DNA from: Octopus vulgaris
Lineage: Eukaryota
Reading direction: 5' to 3'
DNA: 64,000 nt
Assembly (NCBI GenBank): GCA_951406725.2
Contig: OX597815.1
Coordinates: 187,240,001 to 187,304,000 of the forward strand
This document shows positions 11,129-24,131 of the stretch, one piece after another (positions within the stretch are counted from its first letter, which is position 1; the number at the start of each line of letters is the position of its first letter). Below the pieces are notes generated by a model. The model was not told the origin of the DNA, did not search any database, and saw only the letters and a program-made list of their open reading frames with translations. A program made the translations under genes and the position numbers.

Positions 11129-12929
11129 TCATCATCATCATCATCATCATTTAGCGTCCGTTTTCCATGCTAGCATGGGTTGGACGGTTCAACTGGGGTC
11201 TGGGGAGCCCGAAGGCTGCACCAGGCCAGTCAGATCTGGCAGTGTTTCTACAGCTGGATGCCCTTCCTAACGCCAACCACTCCGAGAGTGTAGTGGGTGA
11301 TTTTATGTGCCACCGACACAGGTGCCAGACGAGGCTGGCGAACGGCCACGCTCGGATGGTGTTTTTATGTGCCACCGACACAGGTGCCAGACGAGGCTGG
11401 CAGACGGCCACGCTCGGATGGTGTTTTTATGTGCCACCGACACAGGTGCCAGACGAGGCTGGCAGACGGCCACGCTCGGATGGTGTTTTTATGTGCCACC
11501 GACACAGGTGCCAGATGAGGCTGGCGGACGGCCACGATCGGATGGTGTTTGTTACGTCCCCAAAGCACGGAGGCCAGTCTATGCGGTACTGGCTACGGCC
11601 ACGTTCGGATGATTTTCTTGTGTGCCACCGGCACTGGTACCACAAGATACAAATTCCATTTATGTTCATCTATTTTGATTTGATTTGATTTGATTTTCAC
11701 TTGCCTCAACAGGTCTTCACAAGTGTCACAAGAAGGAAGGTATGCACAGGTGGACTGTCTACGTCGCCGGGTCTTCGGATGGTGTCTTTATGTGCCACCG
11801 ACACAGGTGCCAGATGTGGCTGGCGAACGGCCACGATCGGATGGTTTTCTTGTGTGCCACCGGTACTGGAACCACAAAGATACAAATTCCATTGATGTTC
11901 ATCTATTTTGATTTGGTTTGATTTTGATTTTGATTTTTTGATTTTTGATTTTCACTTGCCTCAACAGGTCTTCACAAGTGTCACGCGTGTCACACACTTG
12001 CCTCAACAGGTCTCCACAAGTGTCACACACTTGCCTCTGCCTCAACAGGTCTTCACAAAGTGTCACACACTTGCCTCTGCCTCAACAGGTCTTCACAAGT
12101 GTCATAAGAGGGAAGGTATGCACAGGTGGACTGACTACGTCGCCGGGTCTTTGGATGGTGTTTTTATGTGCCACCGACACAGGTGCCAGGTGAGGCTGGC
12201 GAACGGCCACGATCAGATGGTGTTTGTTGTGCCCACAGCACGGAGGCCAGTCGATGCGGTACCAGCTACGGCCACGTTCGGATGGTTTTCTTGTGTGCTA
12301 CCTGTACTGGAACCACAAAGATACAAATTCCATTGATATTCATCTATTTTGATTTGGTTTGATTTTCACTTGCCTCAACAGGTCTTCACAAGGGTCACAC
12401 ACTTGCCTCAACAGTTGCCTCAACAGGTCTCCACCAGTGTCACACACTTGCCTCTGCCTCAATAGGTCTTCACAAGTGTCACACACTTGCCTCAACAGGT
12501 CTTCACAAGTGTCATAAGAGGGAAGGTATGCACAGGTGGACTGACTACGTCGCCGGGTCTTCGGATGGTGTCTTTATGTGCCACCGGCACAGGTGCCAGA
12601 TGAGGCTGGCGAACGGCCACGATCGGATGGTGTTTGTTGTGCCCACAGCACGGAGGCCAGTCGATGCGGTACTGGTTACAGCCATGTTTGGGTGGTTTTC
12701 TTGTGTGCCACCGGCACTGGTACCACAAAGAATACAATTCCACTGATGTTCATCTATTTGATTTGTTTTGATTTGATTTGATTTGATTTTCACTTGCCTC
12801 AACAGGTCTTCATAAGTGTCACAAGAAGGAAGGTATGCACAGGACTGACTACGTCCCAGGTCGGGGCCACGGGTTATGGCCTGACTGGTCTTGCCGGGTC
12901 TTCTCATGCACAGCATACTTCCATAGGTC
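11129..12929 (-). mobile_element. Second, near-identical copy of the RTE 3' end
   Basis: Direct repeat of 8143-9911 with only a few substitutions and indels; truncated within the last codons of the ORF. Confidence 0.9.
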
Positions 12930-12958
12930 TATATATATATAAAATGATAACTAGGTTA

Positions 12959-12999
<41 letters not shown>

Positions 13000-13012
13000 A
13001 AAATGATAAATA

Positions 13013-13048
<36 letters not shown>

Positions 13049-13741
13049 AAAATGATAAATAAGTTTATATATATATATTTATATATACATATATATATGT
13101 ACAAGTAGATAAAATAATTTCTATCCACCAACCAAGGAGCCTCTATAATAATAATATTTCCTCAAATTTTGTCCTACAGTCTTAAAAAAGAATGAACATA
13201 ATGGACAATGATATGCAGAATAAAACAGGATGGTCACAACTGAAAGCTGTTGACCATAGTTCTGCTCAATCAGAAATGACCTGAGGCTAAGCATCAACAA
13301 ACCATTAGTCCAGTTTTTCTCACAGGAAGAAGCCTGAGAGGATTGAAAAGAGGAAAGACAAATTGCCATGTTTAATAAAATCGGTTTGTGTTTATTGCAA
13401 TTGCCAATTTTATGAAATTGTGCAGCAATGTAGTAAAGAAAAGAAGCATTGTATTGTTACAAACTCTATTTTATATTCTTGTTTATAAAGAAGGGAATAG
13501 CAAAAAATTTTTCGAATATTTTGGTGGGATGGGATGTGGCATATGTCTCATTTGAGAAATGCTGAATTAAACAGCAGATATTTTTATTCAGCAGACAGGC
13601 AGATAAGCAGATAGATAAAATTGAAAGTTATTGAAATATTCTTCTTCTTGTGCAGCACTGGATTAACCATTAAGGGCATCAAGGAAAGTAGAGGCCCCAC
13701 AGAATTGGTAAATGGTTTGCGGCACAAAAGAAATCTACACG

Positions 13742-13817
<76 letters not shown>

Positions 13818-14744
13818 TGTATGTATGTATGTATGTATGTATTTGTGTGTCTGTGTTTGTCCTGCCACCATCGCTTGGAAACCGATGCTGGTGTGTTTAC
13901 GTCCCCGTAACTTAGCACTTCGGCAAAAAAGAGACCAATAGAATAAGTACTAGGTTTACAAAGAATAAGTCCTGGGATCAATTTGTTCGATTTAAAGGCA
14001 GTGCTCCAGCATGGGCACAGTCAAATGACTGAAGCAAGTAAAAGAGTAATAAATGCAGTGGGTTAGAATTCATGAAAATAAGGAAGAACATTCTCAGAAA
14101 TATACTGGTTTCCAATTTTGGCACAAGGCCAGCAATTTTGAGGGAGGGCAGAAGTCAAATACATCAACCCCATAACTCAACTGATACTATTTTATCAATC
14201 CTGGAAAGATGAAAGGCAAAGTCAATCATGGCAGAACTCAAAGATGGAAGAAATGTTGCTAAGCATTTTGCTCAGCACAGTAACGATTCTGCCAGCCTGC
14301 CGCCTTATTTTCTCAGAAATATGTTGAATAGTGGGGTTGTGGAAGAAAAGGATTGGTGTTACAGGCAAATAAGCTTAGATGATAATTACTAAGATGTAAT
14401 AAAAAAATATTTTACATTCCTCATTTATAATGAAAGATGTTTAGGTAATTACCATGAGCGTTTTATTGAAAAATAGAGTCGTTTTGTATTAATGTAACAG
14501 AATGTATTTAACAGACAGAATTACTATCAGATTCTGTAACATGACTGACAGAATGAAAGATATCAGCACACAAATTTAACAGGCATGGCTGCATGAGTGT
14601 GATTAAGAAGTCTGCTTTGTGACCATGTGGTAGTGGATTCAGTCTCACTGCATGACACACTGAGAAATATTTTCTACCATAATCCTGGATTGACCAATGC
14701 TTTGTGAGTGAGTCTGGTGAACAGAAACTGTACGGAAGCCCATT

Positions 14745-14805
14745 CACCATCACCACCACCACTACCACCACCACCACCACCACCACCACCACCACAACCA
14801 CCACC

Positions 14806-14862
<57 letters not shown>

Positions 14863-14892
14863 GTTGTCGTCGTCGTCGTCGTCATCATCATC
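14745..14892. repeat. Compound trinucleotide microsatellite (ACC)n(ATC)n(GTC)n
   Basis: Direct reading; continuous with the RTE tail at 14884-15158. Confidence 0.9.
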
Positions 14893-15587
14893 GTTCAATG
14901 TCCGTTTTCCATGCTAGCATGGGTTGGACGGTTCGACTGGGGTCTGGGAAGCCAGGAGGCTGCACCAGGCTCCAGTCTGATCTGGCAGTGTTTCTACAGC
15001 TGGATGCCCTTCCTAATGCCAACCACTCCATGAGTGTAGTGGATGCTTTTTACATGCCACCGGCACAGGGGCCAGGGGAAGCTGGCAGTGGCCCCGATCG
15101 ATCGGTGCTTTTTACATGCCACCGGCACAGAAGCCAGTCAAGGCGGTGCTGGCATTGGACAGCAGTGGTGGCATCTTTGTTTGTCTCTAACATCTTGACA
15201 GTTGATGTTGGTTTACTTACATCTTTGTGAATAAGGGATTTGGCAAAAAGTGCTCAACAGAGTATGTATCAGACTCTTGAAATAAGTACTGGGGTCAATT
15301 TTAATTGACTAAACCCTTTAAGGCAGTGCCTGGGAACAGTTGCAGTCCAATGACTGAAACTGGTAAAAGAGTTAAGCAACAGATTAATTTTTCAGAAACA
15401 TCCAGTGGCACGTAAAAAGCACCCACTGCACTCTCGGACTGGTTGGCGTTAGGAAGGGCATCCAGCTGTAGAAACTCTGCCAGATCAGATTGGAGCCTGG
15501 CGCAGCCATCTGGTCCGCCAGTTCTCAGTCAAATTGTCTAACCCATGCTAGCATGGAAAGCAGACGTTAAACGATGATGATGATGAT
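14884..15587. mobile_element. Two RTE 3'-UTR fragments in opposite orientation (14884-15158 minus, 15406-15587 plus)
   Basis: TGGTTGGC(G/A)TTAGGAAGGGCATCCAGCTGTAGAAAC ... CATGCTAGCATGGAAA ... (GAT)n. Confidence 0.8.
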
Positions 15588-17629
15588 CCAGCTGAAGCAT
15601 GAGTAAAATCCAAAGATGCCCACCCATCACCAACCCCACAAAATAATCATTAATACATGCACACACACACACACACGTATATTGTGACATTTATTACTAT
15701 ATTTAATATAAAGAATTTATAGATTTAATATATATGCCCAAATATCCTTAACATATCTATATTAATTCTAAATCAAATTAATTTGTATGAAGCACATTAA
15801 AAGTTTTGTTTTAAAATACATTTAACATTTCATTTATTTCTGAAATGTGCTATTTATGTTTAATAAAATCTTGTGAAAAGGTTCATAAAAGTCAACTTTA
15901 TTAAAAATCAGTTGAATACATTTTTCAACATTTAATATCTTCTTGATATGCACGTGAGAAAAGTGATGTTTCTCCACAGAAATACTTGGCTAACTACCTA
16001 AGAAAGATTAAATATGTTGCTTCTACTGTCAAAGAAAAAAAAAAGAATTGCTTGCCTTTTAACTGCACAATTTTACATTTTACACACTTTCTTATAATAA
16101 TAAAAATGTTACCATGATAACAAATACCAAGGAAAAAAAGAAGAAGTATTTGTGAAACTATTTACTGATAACATATAGATTTATATATATATTTACAAGT
16201 AAATACAATACAGAGATGTATTATGTTTGATATTAGGACAATTTATTCGGTTTATAAATTATAACAGTTTTACAATGATTTTGGGAGACAGCTATTTATT
16301 TTGGAGAATATCTATGATACATCTACTTTTATGAAAAAGATATCTTTTATGAAATGAAGATTAATGAATTTGTTTTTGATCCTTGTTAAAGAGCAGAAAA
16401 AATATTTTTCTCATTGTGAATTCTACTGTGCAAAAATTCATAAATTCATTAACTTGTGTTTTTAAAATATGTTTACTAAAATTCTTCAACAAAAGGTATA
16501 TATTCACTTTTTTTTTTTTTTATTTCTAACTAAAGTTTTACATTAAAATCACAAAAATATTAAAAGGAAAATATTTGTGATACCATACAGCTCAAAATAC
16601 TAGACAATATTTTTTTACAAATAGATCAGTAGATATTTTGAATAAAATTCTCCAAAACACAGTTTCAGCACGAAACATAGGAAATTTTTGTAAGCAAAGA
16701 AAAAATTAGTAAATTGCTTTCAAAATATTTATTTATAGGACAGATTCTTAAAGCGTTATAAAATTGACTGCTGCCTGTTCAAATTATCACATTCTTTGCA
16801 ATTTCTGCATGTAATAACAATAATTTTTTTTTTCTTTTTGTATCCTTAATATATATTTTGACTTCCTGTTTTTTATGTAATTGATTTTGTTTCAATGTTT
16901 TTCTTTTTAATTTATCATCATACATTCATCATATTTTTATGGCGTTAGGTGACAGTAGACACATTAACTAAAAATTGTAAAACAAAATATATTATTGTTA
17001 ACAAATTTTGTTTATGACACAAAATGTATAATCGTTAGAATACCATCTGCTACGTAACTATCTTTCTTTTCTAATTGATACAGTTTTTGTAGTCACAGTA
17101 ATTGTCGACAGGTCTACAATGAAAAATTTTCTTATGCAAAAATAAGGAAGTACTGGTTTCTTTGTAATAAATTTTCCCATCTTATATTGATTATAGCTAT
17201 TTGGCTATGATCATGCTGGGGCACTAGAATAGTTTTTAAAAGCCTAACACATTTAAAATTATTTTTTGAGATTTAGTAAAATTGTTTTTAATGGCTTAAA
17301 ACACATGTGTCTAACATTTAACTTCAGATTTCTTTTTAAGATATCTGAAGTTAAATGTATTTGAAAAATTAAACTACTTTGTGAAAAGCATTTTTAAAAA
17401 AATCAAATTAACAGTTAATTATTTCTTATTAAAATACAAAACTGATTTCTGCCAAAGAAATCAACCCTGATCTATCATTGCAACTTATTTTGTTAGTATT
17501 GGATGTCAAAAGCAAGGTCAGTATTTACAGGATACAAAATTTCTGTTCAAATCTAGTTAAATGAAAAACAATTGCAAACTTAACATAAATAATGATAAAT
17601 ACAGATTATTTTTCACTCAATAAAGTTAA

Positions 17630-18150
17630 AATTTCATAGCTGCCTGTCCAGGCTTCACTGCTTGTCAAACAAAGAAGGACAAAATGTCAATGTTATTTCT
17701 TTATTGCCCACAAGGGGCAAAACATAGAGGGGACAAACAAGGACAGACAAAGGGATTAAGTCGATTACATCGACCCCAGTGCGTAACTGGTACTTTATTT
17801 ATCGACTCCGAAAGGATGAAAGGCAAAGTCGACCTCGGGGGAATTTGAACTCAGAACATAACGTCAGACGAAATACCGCTAAGCATTTTGCTCGGCATGC
17901 TAACGTTTCTGCCAGCTCACCGCCAAAATGTCAATGTATTAGCTACTCTGACAGATTTATGGTCAAGCCTGTGGCAGTGGAGATCTCTGGTATTCTTGGT
18001 CCCTGGACTATATCCCTGCTCACTGCTATCCAGGCAAAGATGGCTATACGCAAGTGCAAGCCCTGTGAGTTAGAGTGGTTGTTCCAGTATATCTCCCTCG
18101 CCAGCCTCTGGGGCAATACCTTTTCCACTTTGTCTGCAAGGACTACGAGG
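17630..18150 (+). pseudogene. Decayed CRE-like (restriction-like endonuclease) non-LTR retrotransposon C-terminus, split by a SINE
   Basis: SDRFMVKPVAVEISGILGPWTISLLTAI...ELEWLFQYISLASLWGNTFSTL resembles the F.P.AVET.G..G ... QR.S.A..RGN ending of CRE-clade ORFs. Confidence 0.55.
17694..17924 (-). mobile_element. Family B SINE with 14-bp TSD
   Basis: CAAAATGTCAATGT at 17680-17693 and 17924-17937. Confidence 0.9.
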
Positions 18151-18249
18151 CAGACTGACAAGCCTCTTTAGTTATAGCTGTTGTATCTCTCAAAAAAAAA
18201 AAAGAGGAAGTTAACTGAGATGTAATGTAACTGGAAAGTGGTTGTTCAC

Positions 18250-18721
18250 TTAACCCTTTTGTTACCAACCCAGCCGAAACTGGCTCTGGCTCTGTAGTAC
18301 AAATGTCTTGTTTTCATAAGTTTTGAATTATAATCTTCCACCAAACCTTAGTCACAATTTATGTTCCTTACACTAGCTGAATGATAACTATGTTATTTTA
18401 CTAAATTCTTTGTTATATTTAAAATTGATTGAAAGAAACACAGAACATCTCAACAGAAAAATGGTAACGAAAGGGTTAACAAATGATTAATTTAACCCTT
18501 TTGATACCAACCTGCTTGAAACTGCCTCTGGCTCTGTAGTGTAAATGTCTTGTTTTCATAAGTTCTGAATAAAAATCTTCTACCAAACCTTAGTCACAAT
18601 TTATGTTCCTAACACCAGCTTAATGATAACTAAGTTATTTCACTAAATTCTTTGTTATATTTAAAATTGATTGAAAGAAACATGGAGCATCTCAAAATAA
18701 ATAGAGTAACAAAAGGGTTAA
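18250..18721 (-). mobile_element. piggyBac-like MITE heterodimer with 12-bp spacer
   Basis: Units 18250-18479 and 18492-18721, each TTAACCCTTT...AAAGGGTTAA; spacer CAAATGATTAAT. Confidence 0.88.
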
Positions 18722-19845
18722 CTTGACTGATGGTTCTTATTCTACTGGCTTTAGATAGAAAAAAATGTGATGTACATAGTAAACATATTTTGAATCTAGA
18801 TGAGGACAGTGATGAAGAAGTTATTGTAAATTATCAAATACAACATTTTAGAGAGTTATCCATTTTTGCAACTCTGCTGCGGATGAATATTTTAAATAAA
18901 TGGATAAATAAATAAAATAAAAGAATAAGCTTTAATTAATGTATCTCATTAGAAAATACAATAATCTTGTGTCATAAGTCAATCTATTTGAACAATTTTA
19001 TGGCAAACAAACCAAAGTAATGCTGTTGTTTTTTATTCTGACCCAGTCTACAACTGCTGTTACCACGAAAAAGTATATTAATCAGGAAAATAAAATAATT
19101 GATTAGTGGATGGGATTCCTCACTACCTTGATTTATGTTACAAACCAATAGTCTGCTCCGATATTGATTGATAAAAATAAAATGAAAATAAAATTAAACT
19201 GCATTTTTTTTCATTATAATTCTATTGATGTAGCTGAAAACTATAAAACAATGTTTCTAAACTTTATATATTTAGAATAAATGAAAACATTTCAAAAGTA
19301 ATTTTTAAAAAACAAGCATAAAAATCTACAAATTAAAATTTGGTTGAAAAAAGAGAAATTCTTTTATTGTTGAAAACATAATCCTGCTTATATTCATTTG
19401 AGAAAAGAACAAGGAATATTATGAAACCTGATAGATGCTTCTGACTAAGAACTAAAGTAAAATAAAATAATATGACTTTCAGAATGGTCTGTAGCAATAA
19501 TTTCTGTTTTCAGATTAAAAACTAATTAGATACCTACCTTGCTGAGATCACCTTTGGTTTTATGGTACAAAACCTTCTATCTGAAAGGGTTTGTATTTCA
19601 GTGAAAGTACTCCATCATAATTATATGGAAGAATCTTTTCTTATTTAACAAGCAATAATAAAATTTTTAGTAATTTTAAAAGTAATATATCAGAAGAAAT
19701 TAATATTTCTATTGCAACTTTGCTGTGAGAGTGAGTTGATTGAAACTGCAGCCTTCACTGCCTTATAATTTTTATTTTACACTCCATGTTCAAAATAGGC
19801 CAAAGTTGAAATTACCTTTCTTATCAATTGCCAAATGCTTTAAAA

Positions 19846-20455
19846 TTAACCCTTTCGTTACCAACCCAGCTGAAACCGGCTTTGGCTCTGAGTACAAATG
19901 GCTTGTTTTCATAAGTTTGGAATTAAAATCTTCCACCAAACCTTAGTTACAATTTATGTTCCTAACACTAGCTGAATGATAACTAAGTTATTTTACTAAA
20001 TTCTTTGTTATATTCAGAATAAATTGAAAGAAACACAGAGCATCTCAACAGAAATATGGTAACAAAATGGTTAAAGAGTGCACTGGGTGCTCTGTATGTA
20101 GCATTAGCACTGGTACTTTGTATGTGGCACCAAGTAAATTACAAGACAAAAAGCCCTCAACTGGGAGATGGAGAAGCACTGAAGGAAGTGTCTTTGTGCA
20201 GGTTGAGAGATTAACACTTTAGCATTTAACCCTTTTGATACCAACCCGACTGAAACTGCCTCGGGTTCTGTAGTACAAATGTCTTGTTTTCATAAGTTTT
20301 GAATTAAAATCTTCCACCAAACCTTAGTCACAATTTATGTTCCTAACACCAGCTGAATGATAACAAAGTTATTTTACTAAATTCTTTGTTATATTCAGAA
20401 TAAATTGAAAGAAAAACAGAGTATCTCAAAATAAATACAGTAACGAAAGAGTTAA
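19846..20455 (-). mobile_element. piggyBac-like MITE heterodimer with 151-bp spacer
   Basis: Units 19846-20074 and 20226-20455; spacer 20075-20225 is a diverged reverse complement of 4470-4620. Confidence 0.88.
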
Positions 20456-20680
20456 AGCAGTGACACCACACACACTTGCACGGCACTTTTATATGTGAGG
20501 TTACATGGACCCTTGAGAACCAAAGTCTTGATCAATGGCACATTGTAGAACCTTCTGCAGAGTGAAAATAGCAAATAGATACAATAGTAGGCTGCTTGTT
20601 CATAGATTCATGATTGTTAATCTGATACAAACATTTTATTTAATTTATTTATTGTTTTTAGAAAATTAAAAGAAAAATAA

Positions 20681-20929
20681 ATGCACCCTTTTAAAACCTT
20701 GCCAGGCTCATGGGCCCGGTTTCCCGGTTTCCATGGCGTATGTGTTCCCCAGCTGGATGGGATGCCAATCCATCGCAGCGTAACTCATTTTTGCCAGCTG
20801 AGTGGACTGGAGCAATGTGAAATGAAGTGTTTTGCGCAAGAACACAACGCGTCGTCCGGTCCAGGAATCGAAACCACAATCTTACGATCATGATGCTGAC
20901 ACCCTAACCACCAAGCCACATGCCTCCAC
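20681..20929 (-). mobile_element. tRNA-derived SINE (family C)
   Basis: Head GGAGGCATGTGGCTTGGTGGTTAGGG...GGTTTCGATTCC, CORE-like TTCTTG.GCAAAACAC, body GCGATGGA.TGGC.TCCC.TCCAGC; second copy at 52891-53141. Confidence 0.8.
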
Positions 20930-21099
20930 TTTTAGAAAGTTAGCTTTATATTATTCTGATCTAGTCTTCCGGATATTGGGAATAGGCACCATGTTAACAA
21001 GAAATATTATCTGCAACAGACTCAATTTATCCAGAGGTGGGAGAATATTTATTTCTAATTTGCTTCCCATCATGAAACCACAAGTTTTTAACAATATCT

Positions 21100-21328
21100 T
21101 AGATTTATTCAGACTACTCTATCCGATGTAATGCTTACTTTTATTTGTTCATTTTGTTTTAAATTAATCCTGCATTAACTTGTAGCTTCGAGATTTTTAA
21201 TTGTGTGACTGCATATTTTTGGAATGACATTATAGTGTAGGGGTGAGAGACAGGATCTGGTTGATTTGAACATAAAACAGGTAGAACATTTAGGCTGGAC
21301 ATGTCCAGTTTAAATGCTAAAGGGTTAA
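21100..21328 (-). mobile_element. piggyBac-like MITE (family B)
   Basis: Ends TTTAAATGCTAAAGGGTTAA; reverse complement of the 293-1088 host element. Confidence 0.7.
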
Positions 21329-21849
21329 AAGGCATTTACACTGAAGACAGGTAAATATATCAGGCGTATACAAATGTGCAGCTTGAGTAGAAAGACCCAA
21401 ACTTTTGACAATTTGGCCAATCAATCAATGTCCCCTTTAATTTGATCAGCTTTAAATTCAAGTAGGAAAAAAATGAAATGAACAATAAACACAGCATTGC
21501 TATATATAACAAGATTAGTTCCAAATATGCACAAACACACGTGCATACATATGCATGCGCTTTAGGCCATAGGATATGAGCTATTTATATGTTTATTTCC
21601 AGGATTTTGTGCAATAATCTGGGAACAATTTAATTCATATCTGATAACTTGTGAATTTAATATATATCTTAAAACTGATTACCTCCATTTATAAAAGTTG
21701 CACATTGGCTTCAAATTTTGGCACAAGGCCAGCAATTTTTGGGAAGGGAGTAAATCAATTACATTGACCTCAGTTTTCAAACGGTTCGTATTTTATTGAC
21801 CCTAAAATGGTGAAAGGCTAAAGTCCACCTCAGCAATATTTGAACTTAG

Positions 21850-22079
21850 GGCGGCAAGCTGGCAGAATCGTTAGCACGCTGGGCGAAATGCTTAGCGGTA
21901 TTTCGTCTGCTGCTACGTTCTGAGTTCAAATTCCACCGAGGTCGACTTTGCTTTTCATCCTTTCGGGGTTGATAATTAAGTACCAGTTACGCACTGGGGT
22001 CGATATAATCGACTTAATTCGTTTGTCTGTCATTGTTTGTCCCCTCTGCGTTTAGCCCCTTGTGGGCGATAAAGAAATA
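21850..22079 (+). mobile_element. Family B SINE nested in an older antisense family B SINE
   Basis: 15-bp TSD AATATTTGAACTTAG at 21835-21849 and 22080-22094. Confidence 0.88.
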
Positions 22080-22614
22080 AATATTTGAACTTAGAATGTA
22101 AAGGCAGACAAAATGCACATTGATTTTTCAAAAAACAAAGATTTTATATTATTTCTGGCTTTCCACATTTTGTAGAAAAGTCAATATATTTAGCCAATCA
22201 GCGTCATCCATGATGACCCTGATAAGATAACTGACCAATCACAGTTGCTGCATTATGTGATTGCGGACCAAGATGTCGTTTGCAGATAACATACTCTAGG
22301 AGAAAACTGTCCAATCTTTGTCAAGTTTTTGTGCTATGCATGTCATTCCTATGAAAAAAAAAAACTAATTTTGTTGTATTTAATAATGACTGCTGGAAAC
22401 TGTTTGTTGATTTCGTAGCAGATTGTGACAGAAATTTGATTGTAAACAACCAACACCACCACTAACTTATGTACACCAACCACTATTACCATCACAACGG
22501 CCACCACCAATCAAGGGAATCTTTGTATGGTTATTCAATCTGTTAGAAAACGCAGTCAAATCTCCCTCAAATCTCATTCAACTATTTAAAATATTGATTT
22601 ATTGGAATGTAGGT

Positions 22615-23005
22615 CTCTTTTACTTGTTTCAGTCATTTGACTGTGGCCATGCTGGAGTTACGCCTTTAGTTGATCAAATTGACCCCAGGACTTATTCTTT
22701 GTAAGCCTAGTACTTATTCTATCAGTCTCTTTTGCTGAAGTTACGGGGACGTAAACACACCAACATCGGTTGTCAAACGATGTTTGGGGGACAGACACAG
22801 ACACACAAACACACACATACATACACATATATATACATATATACGACGGGCTTGTTTCAGTTTCCGTCTACCAAATCCACTCACAAGGCTTTGGTCAGCC
22901 CGAGGCTATAGTAGAAGACACTTGCCCAAGGTGCCATGCAGTGGGACTGAACACGGAACCATGTGGTTTGCAAGCAAGCTACTGACCACACAGCCACTCC
23001 AACAC
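22615..23005 (-). mobile_element. CORE-type SINE (family A)
   Basis: Complete reverse-complement copy. Confidence 0.82.
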
Positions 23006-24058
23006 CTAGAGAAAAATAAAATGATCACAAGAATTTCTGCTTGACCGGGACCAGTCTGGAGCTAAACAACAACACAAGTAACATATACATCATATTTAGC
23101 AATATAACCGCTATAATTATTCTAGCATCTGTTAATTTTAGAACATGGTGTATATCATTTATATATTTTCTTTAAACTTAATAAAAATGTCACAAATAGA
23201 TTTATGTTATTGTAATTATACAAATCATACTCATTGCAAACTGGAGTGATGATTTTCCTGGTGGCTGTGTTGCAAGATCATTCCAAAAATTAATTCCCAT
23301 CACAGTTTTCACAAAAGCTTTGTTCTCTTTGCAATTGAATTTCAGGCACTTTTTGTGAAACCAACAGAGTGTTTGGAGCTGTCCATTATTAAAAGCAATA
23401 AAATTGTCTTTTGTTAAAGAAACGACATGCACTACACAAGAATTTGATGAAAATTGGATAGCTTTCTCTCAGGATGTATTATCTGCAGACAACATCTCGG
23501 TTTTTGACTATATAATATGGCAATTGTGATTGGTCAATTGTTTTATTGGAGGTCATCATACCCCTGTGATATTGCTGCTGATTGGTTAAAGGTAAAAAAA
23601 AAAAAACTTGAAATGATAGAAAATTCTGTTTTCAACCAATTAATGTGTAACTTTATTGGTTGGGATAATCAGCTTTGAAATAGCTCTCTTTTATCTTTTA
23701 CTTATTTCAGTTATTGGACAATGGTCATGCAAGAGCTGTGACTTCGAGGGTTTAAGTTGGATAAATCATACCAAGTACTTAATTTTTCAAATCCCAGTAC
23801 TTATTCCATTGATCTCTTTTGCCAAACTGCTAAGTTTCAGGGACATAAACAAATCAGATTGGTTGTTAAGCAGTGATGGAAGCAAACACAAACACAGAGG
23901 CATCACACATGGATTTATATATTTTGCACATTACTTAATCATTGTTATATGTTTTATCGTATATTTAATCTTTCTATGATATGTAATTTTTCTAAATGGT
24001 ATAATTTAATTTTTCATTATTGAATTGATAAAAGGGGATTTTTTTTCTAATTTATAGA

Positions 24059-24131
24059 GCTGAAATAGCTCAGTTGGGAGAGCGTTAGACTGAAGATCTA
24101 AAGGTCCCTGGTTAGTTCCCGGGTTTCGGCA
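24059..24131 (+). tRNA. tRNA-Phe(GAA), variant or possible pseudogene
   Basis: 73 nt matching the conserved metazoan tRNA-Phe except C3T, C56A and A58T; anticodon loop CTGAAGA; T4 terminator at 24148-24151. Confidence 0.88.

Noticed and set aside
8162-12800. Many overlapping Cys/His/Arg-rich ORFs (e.g. 8178-8690, 11167-11688)
   Set aside because: Chance open frames across GC-richer tandem repeats, open in several frames and on both strands
14508-15033. Poly-Thr/Pro/Ser/Asp/Gly ORFs
   Set aside because: Translations of the compound trinucleotide microsatellite
18730-18915. ORF with acidic DEDSDEE stretch
   Set aside because: Short, no supporting splice sites or recognisable family
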